A stretch of 64,000 bases of DNA from Mobula hypostoma. Its lineage: Eukaryota. Below are positions 61,625 through 64,000 of this stretch, in pieces (position 1 is the first letter of the stretch; each line of letters begins with the position of its first letter). The translations under genes were made by a program, and so were the position numbers. The notes under the pieces are model-generated. The model was not told the origin of the DNA and did not search any database. It worked only from the letters and a program-made list of their open reading frames with translations. The stretch is from NCBI RefSeq assembly GCF_963921235.1, contig NC_086108.1, positions 34,846,001-34,910,000 on the forward strand. The letters are read 5' to 3'.

Positions 61625-61875
61625 AAAGTCAAAGTCAAAGTTATTTCATTGTCATCTATTATCAAAGTATGTAAATGTCACTATATACTACCTCAAGATT
61701 CACCTACTTGCAGGCATTTGTAGGACATAAAGTTAAAAAATAGAATTTATGAAAAATGCCACATAAATAAAGATTGACAAATTACCAATGTGCAGAAGAA
61801 GACAACTTGCACAAGTGAAAAAAATCAATAACATTGAGAACATGAGTTGTGGAGTCCTTGCAAGAGAGTCTGTGA
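61625..61875 (-). mobile_element. LINE 3' tail fragment in the last intron
   Basis: aaagtcaaagtcaaagttatttcattgtc... tail similar to 24712-24930. Confidence 0.5.
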
Positions 61876-62598
61876 ATCACTGAAATTCTCTGCAGTGGCA
61901 GCTCAGACATTGAATATTTGTAAGATGTAGATCAATAGATTTTTTTTGTTAGATGTTTAAGGAATCAGAAGATGAGAGACTGGTGTAGGAAAGTTGCACT
62001 GAGGTAATTTCACTAAATGAAGGAGTACATAGATGGGCCAAATCGCCTCATCTGATTGTAGTTCTTTAGTGCTCCACTGTGTACCAGTGCCTCAACACAA
62101 CCACTTCTCACTAAGTTATCAGCACAGTTGTTTAAATGAATCTATAATTCTGTGCAACGACAGCAAAATGTATTAGAATACCTTAACAAGTTGGGCAAAT
62201 ATAAGAAGACAAGTGGAGTTACCTTTCGGGTTCAAGGCCTCCCATTGCAATCACTAGGTATAACTGATTTAGTGATGCACTGATAGTGAGACGCTTCTTT
62301 CAGACACTTACTTAAATATTGCTTCACATTTGTGTATTTTCAATGTGTTTTTTGTCTCAAGCTCATTATTAGAGGTAAAACATTCCACCCAATTTTTAAA
62401 ATACCTTGGCCGTGAAGAAAAGGAGCTTTCTAGTTCCAACTCAAAGCTCTCATTTTCTGTAGTTTCTTGAATTGTTCTCTTATCCATTGTCTCTCACACT
62501 TTCTCCAAGCCAGTGTCAAAGAGCCAGGGCAGGGAATGGTCAAGAAGAACCCTGTTATCTAGCCACAGTGACAAGGTCTGTTCTCCTCTTTCTTCCAG

Positions 62599-62999
62599 TG
62601 GGTTCACAAGACAGCTTGTTGGAGATCACTTATCGATCAACGGTGCCTCCAGTGCTCTGTGACCCAACCACTCCCAAGCCAGAAGACGTCTGTGTGCCCC
62701 AGTTGTGCGATGGATCGGATCTCCCCCTGCCTCTGGGAAGCCCATTAGGTATGGACGACTGCCTGGTAAAACTGGAGTGCTTCCACTTTCTGCGCAATGA
62801 AAAGAGTTCCCATGATGAATTCATGGGAAGCCTGGAGCTGATCAAATTCCGAGAGTCAGGGATAGTGTCTGAGTATGAGTCTAACACAGATGAGAGCGAG
62901 GAGAGGGACTGCTGGGTAAATGAAGAGTCAGTTCGGATAATGAATGTGATGAAAAGGCAGGATTTGGGAGATTGTCTTGATGATGAAATTGCAGTGTGA
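62599..62999 (+). CDS. NOS1AP: NOS1AP terminal coding exon (equivalent to human exon 10) with C-terminal PDZ-binding motif
   Basis: Acceptor ttctcctctttcttccAG (62597-98). Split codon A|TG gives MGSQDSLLEITYRS...GSPLG...CLVKLECFHF...LELIKFRESGIVSEYESNTDESEERD...LDDEIAV, then TGA at 62997-62999. Confidence 0.97.
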
Positions 63000-64000
63000 A
63001 AGTTTGTGAATACTTAGGAAAGAATTTTCAATGTGACAGACCGACCCATCCTTATGGTCAGTCAGCTGGGCTGTCTCGTGTAAATAATGGCTAGAAATGT
63101 TCATTCCTGACATTATCCTGTTGATTAAGTGACAGTAATCATTTGACATGACTCACTGTGCAATCTGTTTAAAATCAATGTGTACTTTGCTTCTTTAAAT
63201 ATCAAGTTTCCCAAGTTTAAAAAAATATAAGTGAGGCTTCAGCACATGCTTTAAACTTTGAGAAATGGTAGAAGCTTAGAAATACATGAGGCAGGATACT
63301 TCAGGGATATGATTATAAGGTCTCTTCACACTGAAGTCTTTGAATGGGTACTAAAGAGGTTAGTTGTGCATTGAAGCCACAATCACTGAAAGACCTGAAT
63401 GAAAGTCATTCCATACATCTGCTCCCACACCATTGCTTCTTGATGTTATACCTTACTAGTTAGCGACAGACAGAGATAGAGAGTCTGTAAGAGTATTCAG
63501 TTGTTGTCGTCACCTTCAGAGTAATCTCAGGAGTTGTTGGTTCAGCAAAAGCAGACATTTGAAAAAAAGCTTTAGTCCCAGATTGTAGATGTCTGTGAGA
63601 GCAAATTACCACAAAGCTTGTGCCCATAATAATGCAAGAAGCAATTTACAATTCACAGAGAGATTATATCCATAAAATACTTGCAAGAAATAAAAGAAAA
63701 GATTTCAAAGCATTGTGCAACACAGAAAGGTCTTGCATACTCCAAAATCTCAGACAGAATCCTTTCTAGATCATTGCAGATTAATTATTACGTTAGGGCT
63801 ATGCCTTTGGGGGCAGGGATGTGTAACAAATTGATTTTGCTATGACCATCACTTAAACCCTTGTCATTTGCCCTATTGATGGTCAGAGCTATCTAGAGAG
63901 CACTGCTCTTTGTCTATTGGTTAGGATTTACAGCTTTTTGAGACCCAGAGGAACAGAATACCCTTTCTGTTGTGCTGACATCACACGTACTGCAATGAAT
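63000..64000 (+). other. NOS1AP: Probable NOS1AP 3' UTR, with candidate poly(A) signal AATAAA at 63689-63694
   Basis: AT-rich sequence with no obvious repeats following the stop codon; the real transcript end cannot be determined from sequence alone. Confidence 0.55.

Noticed and set aside
62472..62598. ORF-track extension upstream of the last exon
   Set aside because: It starts at TTG and reads through intron sequence; the true exon begins at the acceptor at 62599.

Overview
Vertebrate genomic DNA, most likely a cartilaginous fish (ray or shark); the organism is inferred from the repeat families (V-SINE/HE1-like, SacSINE1-like DeuSINE, CR1 with CAATAGA tails, Rex1/Babar, Penelope). The window holds the 3' part of NOS1AP (CAPON) on the + strand. 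Three coding exons, equivalent to human exons 8, 9 and 10, lie at 26065-26229, 60655-60820 and 62599-62999, and the protein ends in the PDZ ligand DDEIAV. The rest is intron and 3' UTR, densely filled with transposons: two full-length, TSD-flanked L1 elements (one with an intact 1258-aa ORF2), a CR1 nested in a Tc1 end that also carries a hAT MITE, several Rex1/Babar relics, a Harbinger MITE inside a DeuSINE, a hAT-like element with a 6-bp TSD, a Gypsy solo LTR, a deleted Gypsy provirus, and Penelope-like elements with hammerhead ribozyme motifs. The most notable observations are: (i) the exon-8 splice donor is tandemly repeated four times as a 34-bp unit; (ii) an in-frame intronic ATG upstream of exon 9 mirrors the human short isoform CAPON-S; (iii) an internal donor in the last exon matches the position expected for the NOS1AP-C1orf226 extended isoform; (iv) minimal hammerheads and fold-back junctions occur in the Penelope copies. 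I found no prokaryote-type system (CRISPR, operon, defence locus). Repeat family names come from motif recognition, not from database searches.
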